IMG/VR virus record: IMGVR_UViG_3300040801_001888
Length of the DNA stretch: 64,000 nucleotides
Direction: 5' to 3' (one strand)
From: a virus
Taxonomy: Duplodnaviria > Heunggongvirae > Uroviricota > Caudoviricetes
The notes beneath the pieces were generated by a model. It had not been told where the DNA came from and ran no database searches. It saw only the letters and a program-made list of their open reading frames with translations. Numbering within the stretch: position 1 is the first letter of the stretch; every line of letters starts with the position of its first letter. Below are positions 55,772 through 63,479 of this stretch, piece by piece. The position numbers and the translations under genes were made by a program.

Positions 55772-58700
55772 GTGGATAATATAGACAACACATCACCCGC
55801 GCAACCCCCTTTTTCCTTTGTCCCGCCAAACGGTCCGATCTCGAATCGCTCCTTCCTTGAAACCATTGCCCGATTCGTGCCTGAGAGGACCGAGAGCGGG
55901 GAAGTTATCTATCTCTGGATGACATCCTTCTTCGGCGATCCTAACGACGCCGGGCGGACTGAGTGGCGCGGTCGACCTCTCTTCCGCCCGCTGAGCAAGA
56001 GCATCACCGAGATCGATGAACGGGCGGTGTCGAATCGGTTCTTCACCGTCTCGGCCTTCGCGCCGTCTGACCGGGGGTCCATGACCCGATCGCAGGCAAC
56101 GTTCCGCCTGTGGTTCGTGCTGGTGATCGATGATGTCGGCGACGGGCTTGGTGCGAAGGTGCCTTGGTCGAAGCTGCAGGGTCATAGTGAGCCGACCTAC
56201 GTGATGGAGACCTCGCCGGGTAACTTCCAGGTCGGGTACGTGCTGAGTGAGCCCGTGGAAGATCGGGCAACAGCGGACGCCGCGCTCGATGCGATGATCT
56301 ACCAGGGGCTCGGGCTCGAGTCAGACCCCGGGATGATCAGCGTGACGCGCAACGTGCGCCTGCAGGGCTACAACGGCAAGGCGAAGTATCGGGCGGATGA
56401 CATGGGGCTCGGTTTCACGCTGCCGCTGTCCGAGGCGCCACGCGTTCGGCTGGTCCACTGGCGTCCGGAGGTTTGCTACGCCTTGGATGAGATCGTTGAT
56501 GGCTTCGGGCTCGACCTGGAGAAGGCGCGGGTCGGGGCTGGTGCTGGCGCCGGGAACATGGGTAGACCGGGGATGGCTGTCGAGGACGATCCCTGGGTCG
56601 AGGTGTGGCACCGTGCCGGCTTTGTTAAGGGCGGCGTTGTGGACAAGGGGCATGGCGGGTCATGGCTGGAGGTGACATGTCCGCAGGTGGCGGAGCATAC
56701 GGGCGGGGTGGACGATGGGTCCGCCTACGCCATCGGCGGCGGCATGCGCTGCCATCACGGTCACTGCGAGACGCTGAACTGGCCCCAGGTGCGGGACATG
56801 TTCCTGCGGGGCGAGCACGGCGAGGATGCCCGGCGGGCGGCGATCGATGCCTACGCGGTCGAGTTGCTCGGTGGTGGCGGCGATGGTGGGCGCGAGGGTT
56901 TGGTTGCGCTCGAGAATGAGATCGAGCGGCTGAAGGACGAGCCGCTGGAGCGCCCTAAGATGGTCATTGCGGACCGGGGGGACGGTGGGGGCTCCGGGGA
57001 TGGTGGGGGCGGGCTCGCTGGTGCCGGCGGGGAGGGCGGGGTCGCGGGGATTGTGGTGGACGTGCCGCAGGCGTTCAGCTTCGAGACACTGCTCAAGCGA
57101 GCCTCAGAGTTCAAGCATCCCACCGGGGATAGTGCCGCCATAGCGGAGGCACACCGGGAGATCCAAGCCTTCCTGCGGGACGTGGCGATGTCCGGCTTTG
57201 GTCCCGGGCGTCTGACCAAGTCGGAAGACAAGGCGGTCATCGATGAGCTTGCGGACAAGCTCGGGGACGGCTTTGGCTCGCGGCAGCTTGCCAGCGACCT
57301 CAAGGCCGCGCGCGAGAAGATCCAGAACGAACTGGAACGGGCGCAGCGGGAGCAGCACCGGGCCGAGTTGCTGGCGGAGACCGAGGCCCTGGCGGCAGCG
57401 GGGGAAGTTGGCGCCTGGAAGCCGCGCGCGGTCGTCCAGGACACGGACCTGTTCAAGGATAACTCCGGCGATCCTGATAACCCTACCTACCTGCTCACCG
57501 CCAACAACACCAAGGTGATCCTGGACGCCATGCGGGTGTCGGTCTGGTTCGACTTGATGGTGAAGACGGAACGGTTCGACAACATCCCGGAAGGGACGTC
57601 GGCCATGGAGGTGCTGAACCATATCCACGACAACTGCATGCTCAACGAGCTGAACAAGGGCAAGGTCTCGCTCGGGCAGGTGCGGGAGAAGGTCCGGGCG
57701 ATCGGCGCCAGGAACGCCCGGCACCCGTTCGAGGAGTACCTCAAGCAGCTGCCCGCCTGGGATGGCGACGATCGCATGCCCAAGCTGTTCAACGCGATCA
57801 AGGTGCCCAGCGGCGACGACGCCGAGATCAAACGGCGGAACCTGATCCTGGAGCGGTGGCTGTTCAGCATCATCGGCGCGGCGCTGTTCCTTTATAAGGG
57901 CGTGCCAGGCGCTCAGCCGAGGCTGGTGCTGGCGCTGAGCGGCGGGCAGCACATCGGCAAGACTACCTGGGCGGCGAAGCTGTTCCGGGGGATCTTTCCC
58001 GGAAGCGACCAGTGCTATATGGGCGGCAGCCGGTTCGGCACGGACAAGGACTCGATCGAGAAGCTGATCAAGCACCTTGTCTGCGAGCTGGGCGAGCTGG
58101 AGACCAGCACGGGCAAGACCGGGGAGCTGAAGCAGTTCCTGTCCGCTGACGTCGATGAGTACCGCCGGCCTTACGATGCGGAGGTGTCGACGTTCTATCG
58201 GCGCTCGGTTTATCTCGGCACCGTCAACCCGGACGGGAATGGCTTCCTACCCGACCAGACGGGCAACAGCCGGTTCGGCGTGGTCAACGTCTCCAAGGTC
58301 GACCTCAACGCCATCGACGACCTGCTGGAAGGCGAGGGAGTCCATCAGCTGTGGTCGGAGATCCAGACCAAGTGCCTGGAGGCGTGGCGGGAGTGCCATG
58401 CCTACGTGGGCAAGGTGGTCCCGGGGAAGCCCTACGCGCCGTGGCTGCTGACTGCGGAGGAGATTGAGCTGATCGGAGTGGGTAATGAGGCGCATCGGGA
58501 GGTGCCGGAGATCGAGGAACTGCTCGACGACGTCTTCGACTGGGATGACGAGTTCTGGAGAAAGGCGTTAGACGACGACGATCATCTGCTGGCGCTACGG
58601 TTCAACCCGATGACGCGGGCGCAGGTCGTCGGGCATCTGCGCTCCTACACGACAGGGGCGCCGCGCGGGCTCAGCCTGATGCTGCGTAAGCGTATCGGTT

Positions 58701-58870
58701 GCGGAACGCCGGTACCGACCGAGGTGAAGGCATTATCCGGCATCGTTCACAAGGGGCGCCTTTGGCCGATGCCGCCGTTCACCGCGAACACGCAACGGGC
58801 TACAGCTGAGGAGATCGCGGCGGCGGTGACGCCTCCGGAGGACTCTCCCGGAAGCGTCAAACCGAACTAA
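55772..58870 (+). CDS. prim-pol / P4-type primase-helicase (D5-like NTPase)
   Basis: 1,032 aa; the N-terminal prim-pol-like domain includes the VLVIDDVGDG acidic motif; C-terminal Walker A LALSGGQHIGKTTWAAKLF typical of P4-alpha/D5 family helicases; the only large rightward gene inside the leftward early block. Confidence 0.8.
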   Translation: MDNIDNTSPAQPPFSFVPPNGPISNRSFLETIARFVPERTESGEVIYLWMTSFFGDPNDAGRTEWRGRPLFRPLSKSITEIDERAVSNRFFTVSAFAPSDRGSMTRSQATFRLWFVLVIDDVGDGLGAKVPWSKLQGHSEPTYVMETSPGNFQVGYVLSEPVEDRATADAALDAMIYQGLGLESDPGMISVTRNVRLQGYNGKAKYRADDMGLGFTLPLSEAPRVRLVHWRPEVCYALDEIVDGFGLDLEKARVGAGAGAGNMGRPGMAVEDDPWVEVWHRAGFVKGGVVDKGHGGSWLEVTCPQVAEHTGGVDDGSAYAIGGGMRCHHGHCETLNWPQVRDMFLRGEHGEDARRAAIDAYAVELLGGGGDGGREGLVALENEIERLKDEPLERPKMVIADRGDGGGSGDGGGGLAGAGGEGGVAGIVVDVPQAFSFETLLKRASEFKHPTGDSAAIAEAHREIQAFLRDVAMSGFGPGRLTKSEDKAVIDELADKLGDGFGSRQLASDLKAAREKIQNELERAQREQHRAELLAETEALAAAGEVGAWKPRAVVQDTDLFKDNSGDPDNPTYLLTANNTKVILDAMRVSVWFDLMVKTERFDNIPEGTSAMEVLNHIHDNCMLNELNKGKVSLGQVREKVRAIGARNARHPFEEYLKQLPAWDGDDRMPKLFNAIKVPSGDDAEIKRRNLILERWLFSIIGAALFLYKGVPGAQPRLVLALSGGQHIGKTTWAAKLFRGIFPGSDQCYMGGSRFGTDKDSIEKLIKHLVCELGELETSTGKTGELKQFLSADVDEYRRPYDAEVSTFYRRSVYLGTVNPDGNGFLPDQTGNSRFGVVNVSKVDLNAIDDLLEGEGVHQLWSEIQTKCLEAWRECHAYVGKVVPGKPYAPWLLTAEEIELIGVGNEAHREVPEIEELLDDVFDWDDEFWRKALDDDDHLLALRFNPMTRAQVVGHLRSYTTGAPRGLSLMLRKRIGCGTPVPTEVKALSGIVHKGRLWPMPPFTANTQRATAEEIAAAVTPPEDSPGSVKPN

Positions 58871-58909
58871 AAGCGTAGTGGCGACTTAGCCCCCTGAAAC
58901 GTAGGGACA

Positions 58910-58950
58910 GGCGAGACTTTCGGGGAGATCCCGGGTCTCGCCTTTTTTTT
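58910..58950 (+). terminator. rho-independent terminator of the primase-helicase gene
   Basis: GGCGAGAC...GTCTCGCC 8-bp stem (with inner GAGATCCCGGGTCTC palindrome) followed by T9. Confidence 0.7.
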
Positions 58951-58967
58951 TCAGCGCAATTTTTTTC

Positions 58968-59038
58968 TTGCGAAAGTTTTTTTGCGAAAGTTTTTTTTGC
59001 GAAAGTTTTTCGCGCTGTTTCTTTTGCGAAAATTTTTT
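58968..59038. repeat. four direct iterons TTGCGAAAGTTTTT, origin-like
   Basis: cttgcgaaagttttttt / ttgcgaaagttttttt / ttgcgaaagttttt / ttgcgaaaatttttt at 14-15-bp (then 27-bp) spacing immediately after the primase terminator. Confidence 0.6.
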
Positions 59039-59039
59039 G

Positions 59040-59300
59040 TACGAGAAAAAAAGCGTGAAGGCCCCGACGTTTTGGAACGCCATTTTCAAAACGTATGGTA
59101 AAACGTAGGGGAGAAAAATATGCCTATTTTCAATGCTTTAACTGTCTATAAACTACATAACTACGTTACTACGTTTAGTTTGGAAAACTCTATATAGGAA
59201 TTCTCTTTTTGGAATGTGTATGAATTAGGGCAAAAGTACACGTTCCCAAAATACAAACTGAAATGTATATAATGTTTGGGAGGGCCACGTAGGGCGTAGA
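59040..59300. other. AT-rich island (about 30-35% GC against ~60% background) with repeated AACGTAGGG / ACTACGTT motifs
   Basis: Visibly A/T-dominated sequence with no convincing ORF; motifs aaacgtaggga, aaacgtatgg, aaacgtagggg, cacgtagggcgtagaaacgttgg. Confidence 0.55.
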
Positions 59301-59377
59301 AACGTTGGTTCAGCCGCCTTGCGGCGGTCTGTTCCGGGAGGGCGCGATTTGTACACGAAAGCGCGGTGCTTGACAAC

Positions 59378-59416
59378 GAAAAGCCCCGACCGCATCGCTG
59401 CGGTCGGGGCTTGGTT
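59378..59416 (-). terminator. hairpin terminator downstream of the MTase-nuclease cassette
   Basis: GCCCCGACCGCATCGCTGCGGTCGGGGC perfect 11-bp stem; minus-strand tail TTTTCGTT. Confidence 0.5.
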
Positions 59417-59423
59417 TGGTGCG

Positions 59424-59924
59424 TTAGATTGTGGACATGTACGCGCGGAGGGATTTTGTTGATGTCAGGACGCGGACCTCGCGTTTCGTGGTGTGGCACC
59501 ACGTTAACGCGCCATCGCGCACGCCATCCCCCAGAACTACCAAAACAGGCTCCATTGTCGGCGCGATGGCTTCCAGTGACAGTAGCCAGAACGGGAGCTT
59601 CTCATCAACGCTTCCCGATGTCCCCTGGTACTTCATTTCGATCAGCACTGGGCGGTTCCCCGCCTTGAACGGCGCGACGACGAAGTCCGCCTTGAACGGC
59701 GCTTTGTAGATCGATTGGTATGCTGGGATTTGCGTGTAGAAGAAACCCGGCTTGACTAGTAGCACCGGGTCAGCGCCGGCGTTGCACGCCAGAACCACGC
59801 TGGTGCGGTCTTTTCCCTCCGCCTCTTGGTACCCTCGGGCAAGCAGGTGGTCGTGGATGATCTGCTCGCCGAGGCGCCCTGATGTGTTGGCATGCACGCC
59901 TCCGTCTGGTTTTTGGCGGCTCAT
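59424..59924 (-). CDS. small PD-(D/E)XK-like nuclease candidate
   Basis: ...KADFVVAPFKAGNRPVLIEMKYQ... fits the D-x(n)-E-x-K core; 4-nt overlap with the upstream MTase gene. Confidence 0.45.
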   Translation of the reverse strand: MSRQKPDGGVHANTSGRLGEQIIHDHLLARGYQEAEGKDRTSVVLACNAGADPVLLVKPGFFYTQIPAYQSIYKAPFKADFVVAPFKAGNRPVLIEMKYQGTSGSVDEKLPFWLLSLEAIAPTMEPVLVVLGDGVRDGALTWCHTTKREVRVLTSTKSLRAYMSTI

Positions 59925-60574
59925 CGGTTGGCGCTCCTGTCGCGCTTCTGGATTGAGTCCACGTAACCCATGAATGGGAAGTGGGCTTTGCCCCGCGTGC
60001 CTGTTGCACCCTCAAACGCTTCGCGGGCGCGTCGTTGCGAGTCCCTTCTGTCAAGGCTTCTGTCGAAGAACAGTATCGATTGGCCCCTCGTGTTGCCCGA
60101 GACCTTTTTGCCGTCGACGTTCTCGAAAGCGATGCGTCCGAAGGGCATACAAACCGCAGTCAGGTACTCACAGTCGCGCAAGGATTTGTACCAAACCGTT
60201 TCCGTAGCGTTGTTGACTAGGACCACACCACGTTCGAAGTGTCCTGATTCCAGGTGTGCTACGAACGCCTGGATGGCGCCGTGCACCACGCCCCGCCCAT
60301 AAGGAGGGTTCATAAAGACGGTCCGCGCATGCGGCCATGGGGTGCGGATGGCGTCGTCGTCCTTGGTGTAGAACTGTTCAGCGTGAACGCCCCCTGGACG
60401 ATTGTTGGCGGCGATGCTGGAGAACGGGTCGAAGTCAATCGACCCGCGCTTCCTATCCAGCGCCCACCGAACGCGGGCGATGATGTCGGCTGGCGTGAAC
60501 CAGGAGTCGCTGTCCCGATTTTCGCCAGGCTTAGCGCCGATGTAGGCGAGTTTGTTTTTGTCTGCGATGTTCAA
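59921..60574 (-). CDS. phage-type DNA N6-adenine methyltransferase (T1/Dam PF05869-like), TTG start
   Basis: SWFTP and NPPYG (motif IV) in a 217-aa protein; RBS aagagg 8 nt upstream of the TTG. Confidence 0.7.
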   Translation of the reverse strand: MNIADKNKLAYIGAKPGENRDSDSWFTPADIIARVRWALDRKRGSIDFDPFSSIAANNRPGGVHAEQFYTKDDDAIRTPWPHARTVFMNPPYGRGVVHGAIQAFVAHLESGHFERGVVLVNNATETVWYKSLRDCEYLTAVCMPFGRIAFENVDGKKVSGNTRGQSILFFDRSLDRRDSQRRAREAFEGATGTRGKAHFPFMGYVDSIQKRDRSANR

Positions 60575-60597
60575 TGGCTAACCTCTTGAAAAGTAAA

Positions 60598-60632
60598 GTT
60601 CACATTTGTGAACAGACACAAACTGATGTGTC
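60598..60632. promoter_or_regulatory. two adjacent palindromic operator-like sites upstream of the TTG start of the phage Dam gene
   Basis: GTTCACATTTGTGAAC (perfect 7-2-7) and GACACAaactgatGTGTC (6-6-6). Confidence 0.45.
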
Positions 60633-60671
60633 GAGACAAGCATAGTGTAACGAAGACAAAGAACGCAAGCA

Positions 60672-60708
60672 GCAAAAAAGCCCCGATCGCATCGCTGCGA
60701 TCGGGGCT
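60672..60708 (-). terminator. rho-independent terminator (leftward) upstream of the MTase-nuclease cassette
   Basis: GCCCCGATCGCATCGCTGCGATCGGGGC (near-identical to the 59,383-59,410 hairpin) followed on the minus strand by T6; a second hairpin (CCCCGGTGC...GCGACCGGGG) lies at 60,731-60,760. Confidence 0.55.
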
Positions 60709-60793
60709 TGATCTGGTGCTACAATGCGAAACCCCGGTGCACTACGAATGCGACCGGGGCTTCTCCCTCAACACCTCACAGACAGGTATCAAG

Positions 60794-61459
60794 ATGCTTC
60801 CCATCTTAGCAGACACGTCAGTCTCCATGAACAGCCGCGAGATCGCGGAGCTGGTCGATTCTCGCCATGACAGCGTTAAGCGTGCTGTTGAGCGCCTCGC
60901 CGAAAGAGGAGTTATCACCCAGCCACCGACGGTGGATGGGATGAAATCAGCAAACGGCGTGATCGAAAAGCTCTACGTCTTCGACCAGGCGCACAAACGC
61001 GATTCCATCGTGGTGGTGGCACAGCTAAGCCCTGAGTTCACCGGCAAGCTGGTGGATCGCTGGCAAGAGTTAGAGGCGGGGGCTAAGCCGGTCGCCCTCT
61101 CAACCGGCGCTTTTCTGCTCCAGCAGGCGCAGATGCTCTACGAGATGGAACAGCGCCAGGCAGCAGCTGAGCAGCGCCAGGCGGCGACCGAGCAGCAGGT
61201 TGCGAAGATCACGGAGCGGGTCCAGCAGACGGAGACGGCGGTCGACTACTTCAGCGTGATTGGTTACCACCGTTACGTGCGGCGTGACGGTGATCTGACG
61301 CTGCCCCAGGCACAAGCCATGGGTAAGACGGCGACCGGATATTGCCGGGACCACGGCGTGCCTATGGCCGAGACCCCGGACCCCCGCTTCGGACGGGTCA
61401 ATACCTATCCGAAGTGGGTTCTTGACCACCTGTTCGGACCTGAGCAGTCCGCGCTGTAG
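60794..61459 (+). CDS. Rha-family phage regulatory protein
   Basis: MNSREIAELVDSRHDSVKRAVERL matches the conserved Rha N-terminal motif; start chosen downstream of the tandem minus-strand terminators that lie in the annotated 5' extension. Confidence 0.5.
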   Translation: MLPILADTSVSMNSREIAELVDSRHDSVKRAVERLAERGVITQPPTVDGMKSANGVIEKLYVFDQAHKRDSIVVVAQLSPEFTGKLVDRWQELEAGAKPVALSTGAFLLQQAQMLYEMEQRQAAAEQRQAATEQQVAKITERVQQTETAVDYFSVIGYHRYVRRDGDLTLPQAQAMGKTATGYCRDHGVPMAETPDPRFGRVNTYPKWVLDHLFGPEQSAL

Positions 61460-61461
61460 CC

Positions 61462-61488
61462 ACAAAAAAAGCCCCGCATCGCGGGGCT
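61462..61488 (-). terminator. rho-independent terminator of the 61,517-62,101 gene
   Basis: GCCCCGCGATGCGGGGC hairpin + T7 on the minus strand. Confidence 0.6.
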
Positions 61489-61516
61489 CAGCCATCCCTC
61501 CCTCGGACCCTTCCGG

Positions 61517-62101
61517 CTAGATCCTGGTCGGCATCAGCAGGCTGTGGATGTCGGCGCAGCCCTTGCCGCACCACTCGACCTTGATCGGGTCACTCGCGTC
61601 CCTCGCGAAGTGCAAGATCGACGTGGCGTTCAGTGCCTCGGCAACGCCGGACAGCTTGGTGAAGTCAAGCCCGACCCGGTCGATGGCGCCAGCTCGGTGC
61701 ACCTGCATGGCGATTCGGCGCCAGTCGGGGAACGCATGCACTCCCCTATCCTCCACGCGCGGCAGGACCACTTGTCGCGCCTTGCGGTTGCTCAGGATGT
61801 CAGCCTTGCCCGTCGCGGTGTCCAGGCGCACCAAGACATTGTGCGGGTCTACACGGGGCGCCAGGTTGATCGGCGCAAAGTTGGTCGACTCGTGCGCGGC
61901 GTCACTTAAGTCGACAATGCCGCTGATGAATACCTCTGCCCAGGTCATCTGGGAGCCGTCGGTGGCGACGAGCGTAACCTTGCCGTCTGCGGCCGTAGTC
62001 GTGTCGACGTGCAGGTTGTGCAGGTACGGGCGCACATCGCCCGGGGCGGCGCAAGCGGCGAACAGGGCACGCAGGATGTGGTAGTGGACTTCAATGATCA
62101 T
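61517..62101 (-). CDS. small protein with sliding-clamp (DnaN N-terminal domain)-like pattern
   Basis: MIIEVHYHILRALFAACAAPGDVRPYLHNLHVD...DGKVTLVATDG loosely parallels the beta-clamp domain I pattern; weak evidence. Confidence 0.35.
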   Translation of the reverse strand: MIIEVHYHILRALFAACAAPGDVRPYLHNLHVDTTTAADGKVTLVATDGSQMTWAEVFISGIVDLSDAAHESTNFAPINLAPRVDPHNVLVRLDTATGKADILSNRKARQVVLPRVEDRGVHAFPDWRRIAMQVHRAGAIDRVGLDFTKLSGVAEALNATSILHFARDASDPIKVEWCGKGCADIHSLLMPTRI

Positions 62102-62130
62102 TTGAAAAGCCTCTCAGGTTAAGTGGGCAG

Positions 62131-62193
62131 GATAGGTTGACACCTAAGCTCAAGCCCTTGATAGTCAAAGATAGGTTGGTGCCTAAGCTCAAG
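62131..62193. repeat. two 24-bp direct repeats (GATAGGTTGACACCTAAGCTCAAG / GATAGGTTGGTGCCTAAGCTCAAG) upstream of the clamp-like gene
   Basis: 21/24 identical, 39-bp periodicity, in the promoter region of the 62,101 start. Confidence 0.5.
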
Positions 62194-62305
62194 GCACCCG
62201 CCGCGATCTCGGTTGTGGGATAATAGGACTCCGGACCTTGGCCTGGCGCTGAGATGAGGACGGGTAGTCATCTCGCCTGAGCGCCGGACCGGGGTCCGAC
62301 CAGTT

Positions 62306-62488
62306 TTAGAGGGGGCCGAGCAGCTCGCCCTCTTCGTCGAAGCACTCGACGACCCAGCGCGGCGGGTTCAGGTTCGAGCGGCGGACCTCGAAGGCCCAGC
62401 CGTCGGCGTCGCGGTTGTTGGCATCGGCGCAGGCTTGCGCTTCATTCCGGTCGGTGAACTGCGTTGCGGGAATGTTGTCGATCGTCAT
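62306..62488 (-). CDS. hypothetical small protein
   Basis: 60 aa, directly downstream of the promoter at 62,524-62,551. Confidence 0.3.
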   Translation of the reverse strand: MTIDNIPATQFTDRNEAQACADANNRDADGWAFEVRRSNLNPPRWVVECFDEEGELLGPL

Positions 62489-62523
62489 CTAAGTATCTCC
62501 GGGCTGGCTAGACTGTGAAAACG

Positions 62524-62551
62524 ATTATACAGGGCTAGCGTGTCAATGCAA
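62524..62551 (-). promoter_or_regulatory. sigma70-consensus promoter (TTGCAT-N16-TATAAT)
   Basis: Minus-strand TTGCATTGACACGCTAGCCCTGTATAAT upstream of the 62,488 start. Confidence 0.55.
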
Positions 62552-62763
62552 GCACTTTTTCGATAGATTCAAGAAATGCGTAACGACTGCAACACCGACA
62601 AGCCACAGAAGCACCCCTGGCACCCGATCGCCGATGTGGCGTGCGGCTACGATGAACGGATGACGGCAGCGGGCTGTTCCGGTTGCCATCGGCAGCGCGA
62701 GGAGTCGGCACTTGAGCAGTTGCAGCGGCTGGACGCCCGGCACACCGTCGATGGAATCGTGAA

Positions 62764-63102
62764 GTGACATCGAGATGGCAGGCCCAGCGCTCCCAGAAGC
62801 GCGTTGACCCGTTCTACCGGTCGAGTTCATGGGCACGACTGCGCAACGCGGTCCTGCGGGCGCAGGGGCGCCGCTGTAGCGTCTGCGGGGCGACTGAAGG
62901 GCAGATGCACGTCGACCACATCATCAGCCGCAAGACGCGCCCAGACCTCGCCCTAGCGGCGGACAATTGCGTGGTGCTCTGCCACGCGTGCCATTCGCGC
63001 AAGACGGCGCGTCATGATGGTGGCTTCGGGAACAGGCAGCGGGCTGGACCGCTCGGATGTGATGCCTCCGGCGAGCCGGAAGGAGAACGGGAAGGATGGT
63101 GA
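62764..63102 (+). CDS. HNH endonuclease
   Basis: CSVCG...HVDHIISRK...NCVVLCHACHSRK is a canonical HNH ββα-Me motif with two CxxC pairs. Confidence 0.6.
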   Translation: MTSRWQAQRSQKRVDPFYRSSSWARLRNAVLRAQGRRCSVCGATEGQMHVDHIISRKTRPDLALAADNCVVLCHACHSRKTARHDGGFGNRQRAGPLGCDASGEPEGEREGW

Positions 63103-63111
63103 GGCAGCCGG

Positions 63112-63375
63112 TCAGGCGTTAACGCGTCGATAGTTGCGTATCTTACTCGGTCCTTTTGCGAAGACTTCCCGGATATTCAACGGACGACCCACCTTGGTCA
63201 TAGCATCCAGGAAAAGGGCATAGTCCCGATCTTCCTCTAAATAGACGAAACGTCCGTTTTCGTAGGAGAAAGAGGAAATATTCTCGTAAATTCCGAGGCT
63301 CAAAACCAGCGTTTTAGAGACTCTGAGCCAACCGTGCGATGGATCAGAGAAAGCAGTGCAATTGTAAGTCTTCAT
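63112..63375 (-). CDS. hypothetical protein (first leftward early gene)
   Basis: 87 aa, immediately downstream of the rightmost consensus promoter. Confidence 0.35.
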   Translation of the reverse strand: MKTYNCTAFSDPSHGWLRVSKTLVLSLGIYENISSFSYENGRFVYLEEDRDYALFLDAMTKVGRPLNIREVFAKGPSKIRNYRRVNA

Positions 63376-63426
63376 GGGGATACCTCTCAGGATTTGGCTG
63401 TTGTTGCGAACTGCGACGATGGATGC

Positions 63427-63455
63427 ATTATGCGGGAGTGTAGCTAGCGTGTCAA
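63427..63455 (-). promoter_or_regulatory. sigma70-like promoter (TTGACA-N17-CATAAT), rightmost early promoter
   Basis: Minus-strand TTGACACGCTAGCTACACTCCCGCATAATG upstream of the 63,375 start. Confidence 0.5.
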
Positions 63456-63479
63456 GCTTTTATTTCATCGATTTGAAAG

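Noticed and set aside
59040-59300. tRNA or small RNA gene in the AT-rich patch
   Set aside because: No cloverleaf with a conserved T-loop (GTTCRANYC) or acceptor pairing could be built by eye; the region is dominated by short direct repeats.
59161-59502. 113-aa minus-strand ORF spanning the AT-rich patch
   Set aside because: It spans a region with iteron and origin-like features and a terminator hairpin, has no RBS or promoter, and has odd composition; more likely non-coding.
60608-60793. Upstream 62 codons of the ORF-track gene 60,608-61,459 (MNRHKLMCRDKHSV...)
   Set aside because: This stretch contains two strong minus-strand terminator hairpins and the divergent-promoter operators; the Rha-like homology begins only after the Met at 60,794, so the 5' extension is probably non-coding.
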